Shown here: in pieces, positions 39,213 to 50,364 of the stretch
How the letters are laid out: each line of letters starts with the position of its first letter
Numbering within the stretch: position 1 is the stretch's first letter
Source: Candidatus Latescibacterota bacterium
Lineage (GTDB): Bacteria > Latescibacterota > UBA2968 > UBA8231
Assembly: GCA_965223905.1 (NCBI GenBank)
Contig: CBDCXV010000010.1
Coordinates: forward strand, 992,001 to 1,056,000
Reading direction: 5' to 3'
DNA length: 64,000 nt
Translations under genes and position numbers: made by a program
The notes under the pieces: generated by a model
What the model was told of the DNA's origin: nothing
Seen by the model: only the letters and a program-made list of their open reading frames with translations
Databases searched by the model: none

Positions 39213-40322
39213 AAAGCCTCCGAGATCCTGGGGATCCCCCTGAACCGGCCCGCCAACGGCGACGACGCATGAGCGCGGCAGTCGAACAGTTGGCGGGTAC
39301 CGTCGGGGTAGTCCCGGCGTGCCGCGCCCTGGGGGTGGCCCGCGCTTCGGTCTATCGGCACCGCACCCCCCCGCGGCCACGCCGGGACGCGGCGCGGCGC
39401 CGTTCGCCTCGCGCCTTGGCCCCGGAAGAGCGCGCCCAAGTGCTGGCTACCCTGCACGAAGACCGTTTCGTCGACCAAGCCCCGGCCGCCGTATACGCGA
39501 ATCTCCTGGAGGAAGGACGCTACCTGTGCTCCCAACGCACGATGTATCGTCTGCTTCACGGCGCCGGCGAGGTGCGGGAACGCCGTCGCCAGCGCCGCCA
39601 CCCTCGGGCCGAACCGCCACGGCTGGTGGCCAGGGCCCCCAACCAGGTCTGGACGTGGGACATCACCCGTCTGGCGGGTCCGCGTAAATGGGGGACGTAT
39701 CCGCTCTACGTGGTGCTCGACCTGTTTTCCCGCTACGTCGTCGCCTGGATGGTGGCCACCCGGGAAAGCGCCGGCGGCGCACAGCGCCTGATCCAGGCCG
39801 CCTGCCGCAAGCAAGCCATCGAGCCGGGGCAGCTGACCCTGCACCAGGACCGGGGCGCGCCGATGACGGCCAAGACCTTCTCGCAGCTGCTGGTCGATCT
39901 CGAGATCCTGGCCAGCTACAGCCGGCCGCGAACCGCCGACGACAACCCCTATTCGGAAAGCCAGTTCAAAACCGTCAAATACGCGCCGACGTACCCGGGC
40001 CGCTTTGCCGACCCGGAGCAGGCGCGAACCTATTTGCGCTCGTTCTTTCTGTGGTACAACACCCAGCATCGCCATAGTGGACTGGGACTGCTGACCCCGG
40101 AAGCAGTACATCAGGGGCGCGCCGAGGAGTTCCAGGCTGCGCGTCAACGCATCCTCGAGGATGCCTGCACACGACATCCCGAACGCTTTGTAAAGGGTCC
40201 TCCTGAGGCGCCGAAAATACCGGCCGAAGTGTGGATCAACCCACCTCCGAAAACCGTCGAATGTGCACGGATAAGACAGTAAACTTTCACGCGAAGTGTC
40301 TCATTTACATTGACACGTTCCG
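39213..40322 (+). mobile_element. IS3-family element with truncated OrfA and intact OrfB (39269..40282)
   Basis: OrfA tail KASEILGIPL; WTWDIT, LHQDRG, DNPYSESQFKT; end-like sequence TGTCTCATTTACATTGACA. Confidence 0.85.
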
Positions 40323-40376
40323 TTTGCCTTGCCCACGCGGTTCCATGTCCCTTGGTCCCCTGACTCTGTTCGCCGG

Positions 40377-40781
40377 CTAATGCCGCTTCCCCCCGTGATG
40401 CCGGCCCGCACCGCGTCTCACCATCCGCTTGTGCCGTTCGAGGTGGCGCCTGAGCCGCCGCCGCTGATCCTCCGTCAGCAGCGGCTCCAACGCGGACTTT
40501 ACTGAATCGAGCTGCGCCCGCCGCTCCTGGTTCCTGGCGATCCGGTTGGCCCGCATGCGCTCGTCGATGCGGCGCAGGACGGCGGCTATTTCCGCGCGCC
40601 GGGTCTCGTCGATCGGGGCGATGGCCCGGCGGATGCCGGCGGTGAAGTGGGCGGGCCGCGCCAGGCTCAGGGCGTCGCGGAAGCGATGGCGCTGGTAGGC
40701 GCCGAATCCCAGCGCCCCCAGCACCATTCCGATCACGAGGGTGGCGATGAGGATGGCGGCGCTCCTGGTTCCGGAGGACAC
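40377..40781 (-). CDS. Small exported helical protein (Spy/CpxP-like)
   Basis: N-terminal TM helix, LLTEDQRRRL motif; third gene of the ECF operon. Confidence 0.6.
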   Translation of the reverse strand: MSSGTRSAAILIATLVIGMVLGALGFGAYQRHRFRDALSLARPAHFTAGIRRAIAPIDETRRAEIAAVLRRIDERMRANRIARNQERRAQLDSVKSALEPLLTEDQRRRLRRHLERHKRMVRRGAGRHHGGKRH

Positions 40782-40784
40782 GGC

Positions 40785-41204
40785 TCACATCTCCATGATT
40801 TCGGCGGTTTCCACCGAAACCGGCGGCACGGCGAAGGTGATCTCGAGGAAGGAGGACCCGTCGGACATCAGGTCGCGGTCGCGCCAGTTCAGGACCGCCA
40901 GGAAAACAGCCGCGGCAAGGGTGACCGGGACCAGGGGGCGGAAGGCGCGCATCAGGGCGTCGGCGAAGCTGCCCGCCTCGCTGCGCTCGCCGCGGAGGCG
41001 CGCCATGACGCGGGTGGAGAAGAACGGGTCGAAGCTCTCGGCCCGCGTCTCGGAAACCAGGTCCCCGACTTGGCGCATCCGCTCCCACTCGGCCCGGAAG
41101 ATTTCGTCCGACGACAACAGGGCCTCGAAACGCGCCTTCCCGGTTTCATCGAGCTCGCCACCGAGGGCGAGCGCCAGCAGGCGTTCGCGTTCACTCTTCT
41201 TCAT
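40785..41204 (-). CDS. Putative anti-sigma factor
   Basis: GELDE..FEALL N-terminus, PFFSTRVMARL, one TM helix; overlaps the sigma gene. Confidence 0.7.
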   Translation of the reverse strand: MKKSERERLLALALGGELDETGKARFEALLSSDEIFRAEWERMRQVGDLVSETRAESFDPFFSTRVMARLRGERSEAGSFADALMRAFRPLVPVTLAAAVFLAVLNWRDRDLMSDGSSFLEITFAVPPVSVETAEIMEM

Positions 41205-41766
41205 GGTCCAATCTCCGCTGCAAAATCCGCTTCAAGTTCGCCATGCCGCGCGACAGGCGCGACAGCACGGTTCCTTCGGGTATGTTCAGGGCCTCCGCGG
41301 TCTCCCGGGTCGAGTACTCCTGGATCATGCGCAGCACCACGACGGCGCGATGACCCGGGTTGAGCTGTTGCAGCGCCCTCTGCACTTCCGCCCTGGTGTC
41401 GGCCCGGTCCCGGAGCGCCGCTCCGTCCGTCGACGGGGCGGGAGCCGGGTCTTCGTCGCTGTCCAGGCTCCAGAATCGCCACCGGGACCGCTGCCGGCTC
41501 TTCGAGGCGTTGAGCGAAAGGTTGATGGCGATCCGGGTAAGATAGGTGCCGAGGGCGGACTCGCCGCGGAAGCGGCCGAGAGCGGCGTGAAAACGGATGA
41601 ACGTCTCCTGGCCCACGTCTTCGGCGTCCGGCCCCGGTCCCAGCATGCCGACCGCGGTCGCGGCGACCAGCGATTCGTAGCGCTCGACCAACATGCGAAA
41701 GGCCTCGTCGTCGCCGTCGCGTGCACGCCTCGTCAGCTCGAGGTCAGACGGCAGTCCCACACCCAT
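41191..41766 (-). CDS. ECF RNA polymerase sigma factor
   Basis: DAEDVGQETF..TYLTRIAIN; STRETAEAL..GTVLSRLSRG. Confidence 0.92.
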   Translation of the reverse strand: MGVGLPSDLELTRRARDGDDEAFRMLVERYESLVAATAVGMLGPGPDAEDVGQETFIRFHAALGRFRGESALGTYLTRIAINLSLNASKSRQRSRWRFWSLDSDEDPAPAPSTDGAALRDRADTRAEVQRALQQLNPGHRAVVVLRMIQEYSTRETAEALNIPEGTVLSRLSRGMANLKRILQRRLDHEEE

Positions 41767-41956
41767 TGGACAACCGCAGTTCCCGCTTCATTCCGTTTTT
41801 TTTCGTTGGGTGGCAAGTGTCCGGTAATTCAACGGCTTAGGGGGCAATTCCGTGTCCGAAACGCCCGGGCGGTGAAGGAAGGGAGATGGAATTTCGGCCC
41901 CCTCCCCGGCGTGCGGAAGATCACCGGAGGACCTGCCAAGGCCCCGCACCGGACCA

Positions 41957-42916
41957 TCACCCCACCGATTCCTGAATTTTCCGGACCGCCGCGAGGAGGT
42001 CGCCGGGCAGCGGCCCTTTGAGGCCGGCCCGGTAGTTGGCCTCCACTTCCCCGGGGCTCTGCGCCCCGGGAATGACGGTGTGGATGGCGGGATTGGAGAG
42101 GATGTAGCGCAGGCTGAGTTCGTTCATCGGGATGCCGGTCTCCTCGCTGAGCCGGTAGAACCGGCCGATCAGCTCCAGGGCGCGCGAGTCGAGCAGGCTG
42201 CCGGGGACTCCCGGGCTCTTCTTCAGCTCTTCCAGGCGGCCGCGCTGCACCGCGGACAGCATGCCGTTGCAGAAGGGGCCGCCGGCGACGATGCCGATGT
42301 CGTGGGCGCGCGCCGCGGGCAGCAGCCGCTCGGCTATCGGCTGCTGCAGCAGGGTGTAGCCGTTGGCGATCTCGACGACGTCGAAGCGGCCGGTCTCGGC
42401 GAGGCGCGCGGGAAACGGCGCCCGGTTGCTGCCGAGGCCGATGGCGCCGATGACCCCTTCCTCCCGGAGATCCTCCAGCACCCGGAGCACGGGGGCCTCG
42501 AGGTTGTCGTCCCACCCCCAGGACTCCTCCTCCGGCTCGTGGATGAACAGCATGTCGAGGCGGTCCCTGCGTAGCAGCCAGAGGGTGTGGTCGACGACGC
42601 GGCGGATGCAGTCCTCGCTGCGGTACGCCTCGGCCCCGAGGTAGGGGACGATCGACCGCTGCAGCTGCCCGATCTTCGAGCTGATGAAGACCCGGCTTTC
42701 CGGGCGGCGGGCGAGCACCCGGCCGATCAGCTCCTCGCTTTCGCCGCAGCCGTACGACGGGGCGGTGTCGATGTAGTTGATGCCGAGGGCGACGGCGCGG
42801 TCGAGCAGGGCCAGGGCGTCGGCGCGCGGGACGCCGAACTCGCTGGTGAACCGGTAGGTTCCCAGGGCGATGCGCGTGACCTCGTACCCGGTGCGTCCCA
42901 GAATCCGTTTTTCCAT
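41957..42916 (-). CDS. Aldo/keto reductase
   Basis: LGRTG..IDTAPSYG..SEELIG, SSKIG, IHEP. Confidence 0.92.
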   Translation of the reverse strand: MEKRILGRTGYEVTRIALGTYRFTSEFGVPRADALALLDRAVALGINYIDTAPSYGCGESEELIGRVLARRPESRVFISSKIGQLQRSIVPYLGAEAYRSEDCIRRVVDHTLWLLRRDRLDMLFIHEPEEESWGWDDNLEAPVLRVLEDLREEGVIGAIGLGSNRAPFPARLAETGRFDVVEIANGYTLLQQPIAERLLPAARAHDIGIVAGGPFCNGMLSAVQRGRLEELKKSPGVPGSLLDSRALELIGRFYRLSEETGIPMNELSLRYILSNPAIHTVIPGAQSPGEVEANYRAGLKGPLPGDLLAAVRKIQESVG

Positions 42917-43176
42917 CTCTTCTTTTCAGCCTCGGGTCGGCCGGCTCGCGTCTCCAGTGCGGGATTACCAGGAGACAATCATGCAAGAAGATACTGCGGT
43001 TCCCCGGCAAAACCGCCGCAGCTTCCCCACCGGCCGGTCAGCTTCTGACACCAGGGATGACCTGCCCTGCGCTCTTGCGGTCGCTCACATCGACCCCCCG
43101 GACCGCGGCCACCCGCGCACCAGCCTCCGGTGAACGGCAGCATTGCCAGAGTAGCCTGGATGCATCTCCACGAGTT

Positions 43177-43198
43177 GTGTATTATATATGTAATACAC
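43177..43198. promoter_or_regulatory. YtrA-type operator palindrome GTGTATTA-N6-TAATACAC
   Basis: Perfect 8-bp inverted repeat 11 bp upstream of the GntR start. Confidence 0.75.
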
Positions 43199-43209
43199 TA
43201 ATTCACCTT

Positions 43210-43608
43210 ATGCTGATCGCCATCGACCATCACAGCGGCGTCCCGGTGTTCAGGCAGATCATGGACCAGGTCAAATTCCACATCGCCAGCGGTCTGATCG
43301 GTCCGGATGACGAGTTGCCGTCGACACGCGCCCTGTCCACCGAGCTCGGGCTGAACCCGATGACGGTCAGCAAGGCGTACAGCCTGCTGGAGGCGGAAGG
43401 GGTGGTGGAGCGTCGGCGCGGACGGCCTCTCACCGTGAGGGCCCGGCCCGAGCCGGAAATGAAGGCGAGCAGGATCGAACAGCTGCAGCCCCAACTCAAG
43501 GCCCTGGCAACCAGGGCGCGTCAGTTGGGTCTGAGCAGGAAGCAGGTTATCGAGCTGCTGCGCGACGCCATGCGTGACGCGGAGCAAAAGGAAGGAGAGA
43601 CGGAATGA
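43210..43608 (+). CDS. GntR/YtrA-family regulator, copy 1
   Basis: PVFRQI..LPSTRALS..NPMTVSKAY..LEAEG. Confidence 0.92.
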   Translation: MLIAIDHHSGVPVFRQIMDQVKFHIASGLIGPDDELPSTRALSTELGLNPMTVSKAYSLLEAEGVVERRRGRPLTVRARPEPEMKASRIEQLQPQLKALATRARQLGLSRKQVIELLRDAMRDAEQKEGETE

Positions 43609-44495
43609 ATGCGGTCGTTGAAACGGACGGACTCACCAAGACGTTCTCCGGGGCAAGGGCCCTCGATGGCGTTGACCTGTCGCTTCCCCGCCATTCGATC
43701 ATCGGCCTCATCGGCCGCAACGGCAGCGGCAAGACCACGCTCGTCCGTCATATCGTCGGACTCTACCTGCCGACGGCGGGCACCTGCTCGACCCTGGGCA
43801 CGCCCAGCCATCGGCTGGGTCCTTCCGAGTTGTCACGAATCGGCGTGGTGCACCAGGAGAGCCGTCTGCTGGAGTGGATGAAGGTCGGCCAGCACCTGCG
43901 CTACGTCGGCTCCTTCTACGAGCGCTGGGACCGAGAACTCGAGCGGCGCCTGCTAGACGAGCTCGAGCTCGATGCCAGGCAGCGCGTCCGCCATCTGTCC
44001 GGCGGGGACCTGCAGAAGCTGGCCATCATTCTGGCCGTGTGTCATCGGCCGCAGCTGCTCCTGCTCGACGAACCGCTATCCGGCCTCGACCCGATCGTGC
44101 GTGAACAGGTGCTCAACTACCTGGTGGAAACACTGGATGAGAAGACCCATACCATCGTCGTTTCCTCCCACATCCTGCGCGACATCGAGAGGATCGTCGA
44201 CCGCGTCGTCTGTCTCGACCGGGGCAGGTTGAAAGCCCACGCAGCGCTCGATCAGCTGCAGGAGTCGTACGCCGAATGGGAGGTCAGGCCGTCCGAAGGG
44301 GCGCTGCCGGAGCGTTTCGCCGAACCCTACGTGCTCTCCCAGGACTGCAGCCCCCGGCTGGCCCGCCTCGTGGTGCGCCAGCCCTCCTCAAGGGATCTGC
44401 AGGCGTTCGAAGCAAAGCATTCCGCCGAGGTCAGCCGCAAACCCCTCAACCTGGAAGCGCTGTTTCCCCTGCTGTTGGCGGAGGATGAACGATGA
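43605..44495 (+). CDS. ABC transporter ATP-binding protein, copy 1
   Basis: GRNGSGKTT, LSGG, LLLDEP, SSH. Confidence 0.95.
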   Translation: MNAVVETDGLTKTFSGARALDGVDLSLPRHSIIGLIGRNGSGKTTLVRHIVGLYLPTAGTCSTLGTPSHRLGPSELSRIGVVHQESRLLEWMKVGQHLRYVGSFYERWDRELERRLLDELELDARQRVRHLSGGDLQKLAIILAVCHRPQLLLLDEPLSGLDPIVREQVLNYLVETLDEKTHTIVVSSHILRDIERIVDRVVCLDRGRLKAHAALDQLQESYAEWEVRPSEGALPERFAEPYVLSQDCSPRLARLVVRQPSSRDLQAFEAKHSAEVSRKPLNLEALFPLLLAEDER

Positions 44496-45880
44496 GCTTC
44501 CTGACCAGCTTCTACCTGTTACTGGCAAAGTCCCCCTCGCTCTTATTCCTAGGGATATCCTGCCTCGCATTTGCTTTGCTGGTATTCTCCTCGCATGGCG
44601 AGTTCCCCCCTGGATGGACGTTTTGGTTTTCGTTTTTAATCGGCACTTTTGTGGCGAATGTGTTCTTGGATAAGATGCATTGCTTCTTCACCTGGACGCT
44701 GCCCGGCTGGCGCCGTCGTCTGGCCGGGTGGGTATTGGTCAGCGGAATCGCTGTCGCGTTGCTATCGACGACAGTGGCTACCGGGTTGGGTCTGCCCTGG
44801 ATCCTGTCACCATTGATGCTCCTCTCCTACTTATTAGGTGTCTACCAATACTTAGGTGTCTACCAATTGCCCCGCAACCACCTAAGCAGGCTAGTTTTAT
44901 TTTTTCTTTTCTTACTGATTGTCCTGTTCATTGCAGATGAAGTCGTGGCCTTTTGCCTCCATCACCCTGCTCTGACTCTGGCCGGGACGGTCATCGCCTG
45001 CTCTGCCAATCTGTACTCTGCTCTGAATGTGCGGTCTGCGCCACAGTGGCTTTTCGAGCCGATTGGCCAGGAGCGGCAACGCCGTTGGCGAATGCCGTGG
45101 GGGCGGGATGTCGGCGATGTCTGGAAGGATGAGTTCCTCGGAGAGGGGATCGCGAACTGGCTCAGAGCCGGTCGCTACGAGACGTCCGGTCAGGTGGATA
45201 GGAGGTGGCCGATGGCGAGCTTATTCCTCTCCATGTTCACCATGTTTTTTACCCTCGTGGTTGGCTACATCCTGAGTTCGAAGAGAGGGGATGGCTCATG
45301 GGTCCACAGCCACTTCGCAGTAACGTTGACCGGCTCACCGCCCATGGAGACCGCTCTGCTGATAACGGTATCCTTCATTGTGTGTATGTGCTTCTTCCCA
45401 GGCACAATGTCGTCGTTCTCGCTCCGCCAGGGCTGGCTTTACCCCCTGTCGCGAGTACAGCTGGCCCATCTCACCTACTTTGGCAGCCTGTTACAAGCTC
45501 TGAGCTTCACCCTCATACTGGGGGCCTGTTTCGTCGTTGCAGGAGCGCTGGTCGGCCATCTGATCGGGCGGGGCTATTCTCTGGCCGACTCCAGTAGAAT
45601 ACTGGGCCTGACCGCCTGGGGTCCCGTCTATGCTCCTTTGATGCAATGGGCCCATCACACCATGATGGATTCGAAGCTCCGGCCGAAATCCGGATTGCCG
45701 CTGGCCGTCTATGGTTTGTTCGTCCTCTTGCCCTGGGGTTTTGCCGGCCTCTGCCATCAGTACCTGCTCGCGGCGATCGGGGCCTACACCTTCGCCCTGC
45801 TCGGCGTTCTGTTCGCGGCGCTGCAGGCATGCTATTTCTTCGGCCTGAGGAGATATTACGCACGGGCAGATCTCATCTGA
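44492..45880 (+). CDS. Multi-pass membrane protein (ABC permease), copy 1
   Basis: Many hydrophobic helices; ATGA-coupled to the ATPase. Confidence 0.8.
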   Translation: MSFLTSFYLLLAKSPSLLFLGISCLAFALLVFSSHGEFPPGWTFWFSFLIGTFVANVFLDKMHCFFTWTLPGWRRRLAGWVLVSGIAVALLSTTVATGLGLPWILSPLMLLSYLLGVYQYLGVYQLPRNHLSRLVLFFLFLLIVLFIADEVVAFCLHHPALTLAGTVIACSANLYSALNVRSAPQWLFEPIGQERQRRWRMPWGRDVGDVWKDEFLGEGIANWLRAGRYETSGQVDRRWPMASLFLSMFTMFFTLVVGYILSSKRGDGSWVHSHFAVTLTGSPPMETALLITVSFIVCMCFFPGTMSSFSLRQGWLYPLSRVQLAHLTYFGSLLQALSFTLILGACFVVAGALVGHLIGRGYSLADSSRILGLTAWGPVYAPLMQWAHHTMMDSKLRPKSGLPLAVYGLFVLLPWGFAGLCHQYLLAAIGAYTFALLGVLFAALQACYFFGLRRYYARADLI

Positions 45881-46065
45881 TTTCCCGAGGTGTTGCACGA
45901 ACGTCGTTACAATTCGCGGATCCTTCACGTGAGTGCATTGCGGGGGTTCCCATCGCTGCTCGGCAGGGTGAGTCGGAGAGGATGGAAATCGGTCTTCCGA
46001 CCACAGAAGTTCATCCCCATGATAGATGAGAACCGAAGCACAGCTTCCGCGCTTTCCGAAGCGGC

Positions 46066-46413
46066 GTGCCGGTGTTCAGGCAGATCATGGACCAGGTCAA
46101 ATTCCACATCGCCAGCGGCTTGATCGGTCCGGATGACGAGTTGCCGTCGACGCGCGCCCTGTCCACCGAGCTCGGGCTGAACCCGATGACGGTCAGCAAG
46201 GCGTACAGCCTGCTGGAGGCGGAAGGGGTGGTGGAGCGTCGGCGCGGACGGCCTCTCACCGTGAGGGCCCGGCCCGAGCCGGAAATGAAGGCGAGCAGGA
46301 TCGAACAGCTGCAGCCCCAGCTCAAGGCCCTGGCAACCAGGGCGCGACAGCTGGGTCTGAGCAGGAAGCAGGTCATCGAGCTGCTGCGCGACGCCATGCG
46401 TGACGCGGAGTAA
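46066..46413 (+). CDS. GntR/YtrA regulator copy 2, lacking the first codons and the operator
   Basis: Near-identical to copy 1 from 43234 onward. Confidence 0.75.
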   Translation: MPVFRQIMDQVKFHIASGLIGPDDELPSTRALSTELGLNPMTVSKAYSLLEAEGVVERRRGRPLTVRARPEPEMKASRIEQLQPQLKALATRARQLGLSRKQVIELLRDAMRDAE

Positions 46414-46439
46414 GGAGTAGTAAAGGAAGGAGTGACGGA

Positions 46440-47330
46440 ATGGATGCGGTCGTTGAAACGGACGGACTCACCAAGACGTTCTCCGGGGTCAGGGCCCTGG
46501 ATGAAGTGGACCTGTCGCTTCCCCGCCATTCGATCATCGGCCTCATCGGCCGCAACGGCAGCGGAAAAACCACGCTCGTGCGTCATATCGTCGGACTCTA
46601 CCTGCCGACCGCGGGCACCTGCTCGACCCTGGGCACCCCCAGCCATCGACTGGGGCCTTCCGAGTTGTCACGGATCGGAATGGTGCACCAGGAGAGCCGT
46701 CTGATGGAGTGGATGAAGGTCGGCCAGCACCTGCGTTTTGTCGGCTCCTTCTACGAGCGCTGGGACCGGGATCTCGAGCGGCGCCTGCTCGACGAGCTCG
46801 AGCTTGATGCCGGCAAGCGCGTCGGCCATCTGTCCGGCGGCGACCTGCAGAAGCTGGCCGTCATTCTGGCCGTGTGCCATCGGCCGCAGCTTCTCCTGCT
46901 CGACGAACCGCTCGCCGGCCTCGATCCGATCGCGCGCGAACAGGTGCTCGATTACCTGGTGGAAACACTGGATGAGGAGACCCATACCATCGTGATCTCC
47001 TCCCACATCCTGCGCGACATCGAGAGGATCGTCGACCGCGTCGTCTGTCTCGACCGGGGAAGGTTGAAAGCCCACGCAGCGCTCGATCAGCTGCAGGAGT
47101 CGTACGCGGAATGGGAGGTCCGGGCGTCAAAGGGCGCGCTGCCGGAGCGATTCGCCGAACCCTACGTGCTCTCCCAGGACTGCAGCCCCCGGATGGCGCG
47201 CCTGGTGGTTCGCCGGCCCTCCCGGAGCGACCAGGCGGCGTTCGAAGCGGAGCATTCCGCCGAGGTCAGTCGCAAACCCCTGAACCTGGAAGCGCTCTTT
47301 CCCCTGCTGCTGACGGAGGATGAACGATGA
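46440..47330 (+). CDS. ABC transporter ATP-binding protein, copy 2
   Basis: Close paralog of 43605..44495. Confidence 0.95.
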   Translation: MDAVVETDGLTKTFSGVRALDEVDLSLPRHSIIGLIGRNGSGKTTLVRHIVGLYLPTAGTCSTLGTPSHRLGPSELSRIGMVHQESRLMEWMKVGQHLRFVGSFYERWDRDLERRLLDELELDAGKRVGHLSGGDLQKLAVILAVCHRPQLLLLDEPLAGLDPIAREQVLDYLVETLDEETHTIVISSHILRDIERIVDRVVCLDRGRLKAHAALDQLQESYAEWEVRASKGALPERFAEPYVLSQDCSPRMARLVVRRPSRSDQAAFEAEHSAEVSRKPLNLEALFPLLLTEDER

Positions 47331-48771
47331 GCTTCCTGGCATGCTTCTATCTGTTCCTGGGAGTTCGCCCACTCCTGATAGGGGTAATCTGCGGCGCCAT
47401 TCTGTGGCTCCATTTCCCCTTCATGGATGGTGAGTTCGGTTTCGTTGGATTTGCCCTGCATTTTCCGTGGGCGGTCGGCCTGCTGGTGGGAATCGGGGCG
47501 TGGACGATTCAGCCTGGGTGGACGATGCAGCCTGTGTTCATCTGGACGCTGCCCGGCTGGCGCCGTCGGCTGGGCACGGGTGTATTGGTCAGCGGCATCG
47601 CCGTCGCGTCGCTATCCACGGCAGCGGTGCCCTGGTTGGGTCCGCCATGGATCCTGTTTCCGCTTATGATCCTCTTCTACTTCGCAGGCTTCTATCTGGG
47701 CACCCGACAAATTGCGCCGGGAAGGGGGTTCCTCATCGCAGTGGTTTATCTTCTTTTCCCCCTGATTTTCATGGTCTTCGGCGATGAAATCGTGGCCTTC
47801 TGCTTAAATCACCCTGCTCACACCCTGGCCGCGACAGTCGTTGTCTGCCCTGCCATCCTGTACTCTGTCCTGAATGCGGGCTCTGCGCGGAAGCGGCTGT
47901 CCGCTCCGGTCTACAAGCCCGGCCAGGGGGGGCAACGCAGGTTGCGAATGCCGTGGACGCGAAATGTCGGGGATGCCTGGAAGGAGGAGTTCCTCGGAGA
48001 CGGTATCGCGAACTGGCTCAGAGCCGGTGACTACGAGAGGTCCGGAATGGTGGGTGGAGGGTGGCCGAAGGTGAGCTTTACCGTCTCCCTGTTCCTCGTG
48101 CTTGCCGTCTTCCTGCTCGGCTGCTTCATGGATTATATGAGAGGGGATGGCACACTGGCCTGCAGCCACTTCGCACTGACGTTGACCGGTTCACCGCTGA
48201 TGGAGACCGCGGAGACAGCGACGGAGACAGCGGAGGCTCTGTTTCTGTTGATAGTGGTATCCTTCATGGTTTGGTTGGGCTTCTTGGTCTGTTTAATGCC
48301 GTTGTTCTGGCTGCGCAGGGGCGCCCTCTACCCCCTGTCGCGATTGCAGCTTGCTCGCCTCACCTACGCAGGGAGCCTGTTTCAGGCTCTGAGCTTCACC
48401 CTCCTGCTCGGGGCATGCTTCGTCGCGCGGCTGGCGCGCTGGTCGGCCTTTTTTCTGGCGAGGGCTACTCTTTGGAGGACTCGAGCGGGATACTCGGTCT
48501 GATCGCCTGGGGCCCTGTCTATGTTCCGTTGATGCAGTGGTTCTATCACACCATGGTCGACTCGAAGAACCAGTTCAAATCCGGATGGCTGCTCGCCGTT
48601 TATTTCCTGCTCGTCGTTTTACCTTGGGCTTTTGCGGGGATCTACCATCAACATCTGACCGCGGCCATCGGCGCCTACACCTTCGTCCTGCTCGGCGCCC
48701 TGTTCGCAGCTCTGCAGGCCGCATACTACTTCGGCCTGAAGCGATATTACGCACGGGCAGATCTCATCTGA
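47327..48771 (+). CDS. ABC permease copy 2 with a frameshift near 48430 (pseudogene or sequencing error)
   Basis: Homologous to 44492..45880; the C-terminus (..RYYARADLI*) lies in another frame. Confidence 0.75.
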
Positions 48772-49129
48772 TTCCCGGAGATGTTGCGCCCTCTTCAATT
48801 CGCGGATCCTGCGGGTGACGGCGTTGCCGCATTTTTCGAGTCAGATGGCGCACCGGCACCAGGCGCACCCCGCCTTCGGTGTACCCGATCATCCAAGGCA
48901 GGAGAGCCTACCGCGAGGCACGAGCTCTGGGCGCCAAGATTAAGAGTGACCTCCGGCTGAAAGCGGCGGTTCTGGGTTGCCCATCGGTGGCCGGGCGAGC
49001 GAGTCGAACAAGGATGGACATCGACCTCCCGATCACGGAAGTTGAGACCGACGAATCGATAGATGAGAAACTTAAGAACAACACTGCCCCTTTCTGCACC
49101 CGTTTCCGCAACCGACCCGGAGGCCGACC

Positions 49130-49966
49130 ATGCCGAAGCTCCTCAGTGAAGAGGCGATCGCCCAGTACAGGCGAGACGGGTATTTCTTTCCCGTGCGTAT
49201 GCTCGACGACGGCGAAGTCGCCGCCAACCGGCAGAAGCTCGAGGCCTTCGAGGCTTCCCAGGGTCATCCGATCGAAGGGCCACAGCGCAGCAAGTCCCAT
49301 CTCTTGTTCACCTGGATCGACGACCTGATGCGGCACGATCGCATCCTCGATGCAGTCGAGGACCTGATCGGTCCCGACATCCTGTGCTGGAATACCTTCT
49401 TCTGGATCAAGGAACCCTGGAGCGAAACTTTCGTCTCGTGGCATCAGGACCTCCGCTACTGGGGCCTCGACAGCGGCGACCTGGTGACCGTCTGGTTGGC
49501 TCTTTCGCCGGCGACACCCGAAACCGGCTGCATGCGCGTCCTGCCCGGCAGTCACGTCGGCGACCTCCTGCCCCACAGCGACGAGTACCAGCAGAACAAC
49601 ATGCTCACCCGGGGTCAGGAGATTTCCGTCGACGTGGACGAAGCCAAGGCGGTGGACATGCCGCTGCAACCGGGTGAAATCTCACTCCACAACGTGCGCC
49701 TCGCGCACGCATCGAGCCCCAACCAGTCGCCAGATCGCCGCATCGGCCTGTCGCTGCATTTCATGCCGACGAGCACCAGGCAGATCGTCGGCGAATGGGA
49801 CAGCGCCGCGCTCGTTCGCGGCACCGACCGATACGGTCACTTCAAACATACCCCGCGGCCCGGGACCGACTACGATCCGGCCGCTGTCGAGTTTCACGAG
49901 CAGGCGACCAACGCGGTGCGCGAAATCCTGTTCAAGGACGCCGAGAAGGTCCGTCAGACCCTCTGA
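49130..49966 (+). CDS. Phytanoyl-CoA dioxygenase (PhyH) family protein
   Basis: WHQD (HxD), VWLAL, LPGSH, HAS..N.S..RR. Confidence 0.93.
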   Translation: MPKLLSEEAIAQYRRDGYFFPVRMLDDGEVAANRQKLEAFEASQGHPIEGPQRSKSHLLFTWIDDLMRHDRILDAVEDLIGPDILCWNTFFWIKEPWSETFVSWHQDLRYWGLDSGDLVTVWLALSPATPETGCMRVLPGSHVGDLLPHSDEYQQNNMLTRGQEISVDVDEAKAVDMPLQPGEISLHNVRLAHASSPNQSPDRRIGLSLHFMPTSTRQIVGEWDSAALVRGTDRYGHFKHTPRPGTDYDPAAVEFHEQATNAVREILFKDAEKVRQTL

Positions 49967-50364
49967 TCCCGGTTGGCATGCGGAAGGGCGTTCGAGAACG
50001 GGTGCAGGGTCTCACCGGGATCGCGTTACACGATCCCGCAAGTTCGCCGACCCCGATTTCGTCTCCACTAACCAGGGCCTCCTTGTCCTCGGCCGTGCCT
50101 CCGTTGCAGACCGGGGCATTGCCAAGCCTACATAGTGTCCCGTCGCAGAGATAGATTGATAAAATTGGGACGCCGTGAGCCGGGATGCAGCGGCGACTGA
50201 ATTCAGGCGGAATTGCGCAAGCAGGCACAAGTTTCCCCTGATGCCCATCTGATCGATCCCGGGGTCGAACGCAAACTTTCCCCTCTCCAGACAGTCGACG
50301 GCGAGTGATGTCACCGAGCCGGCGAAGATTGTCAGCGGCCGGACAGGCTCAGGCAGGCAGCGGG

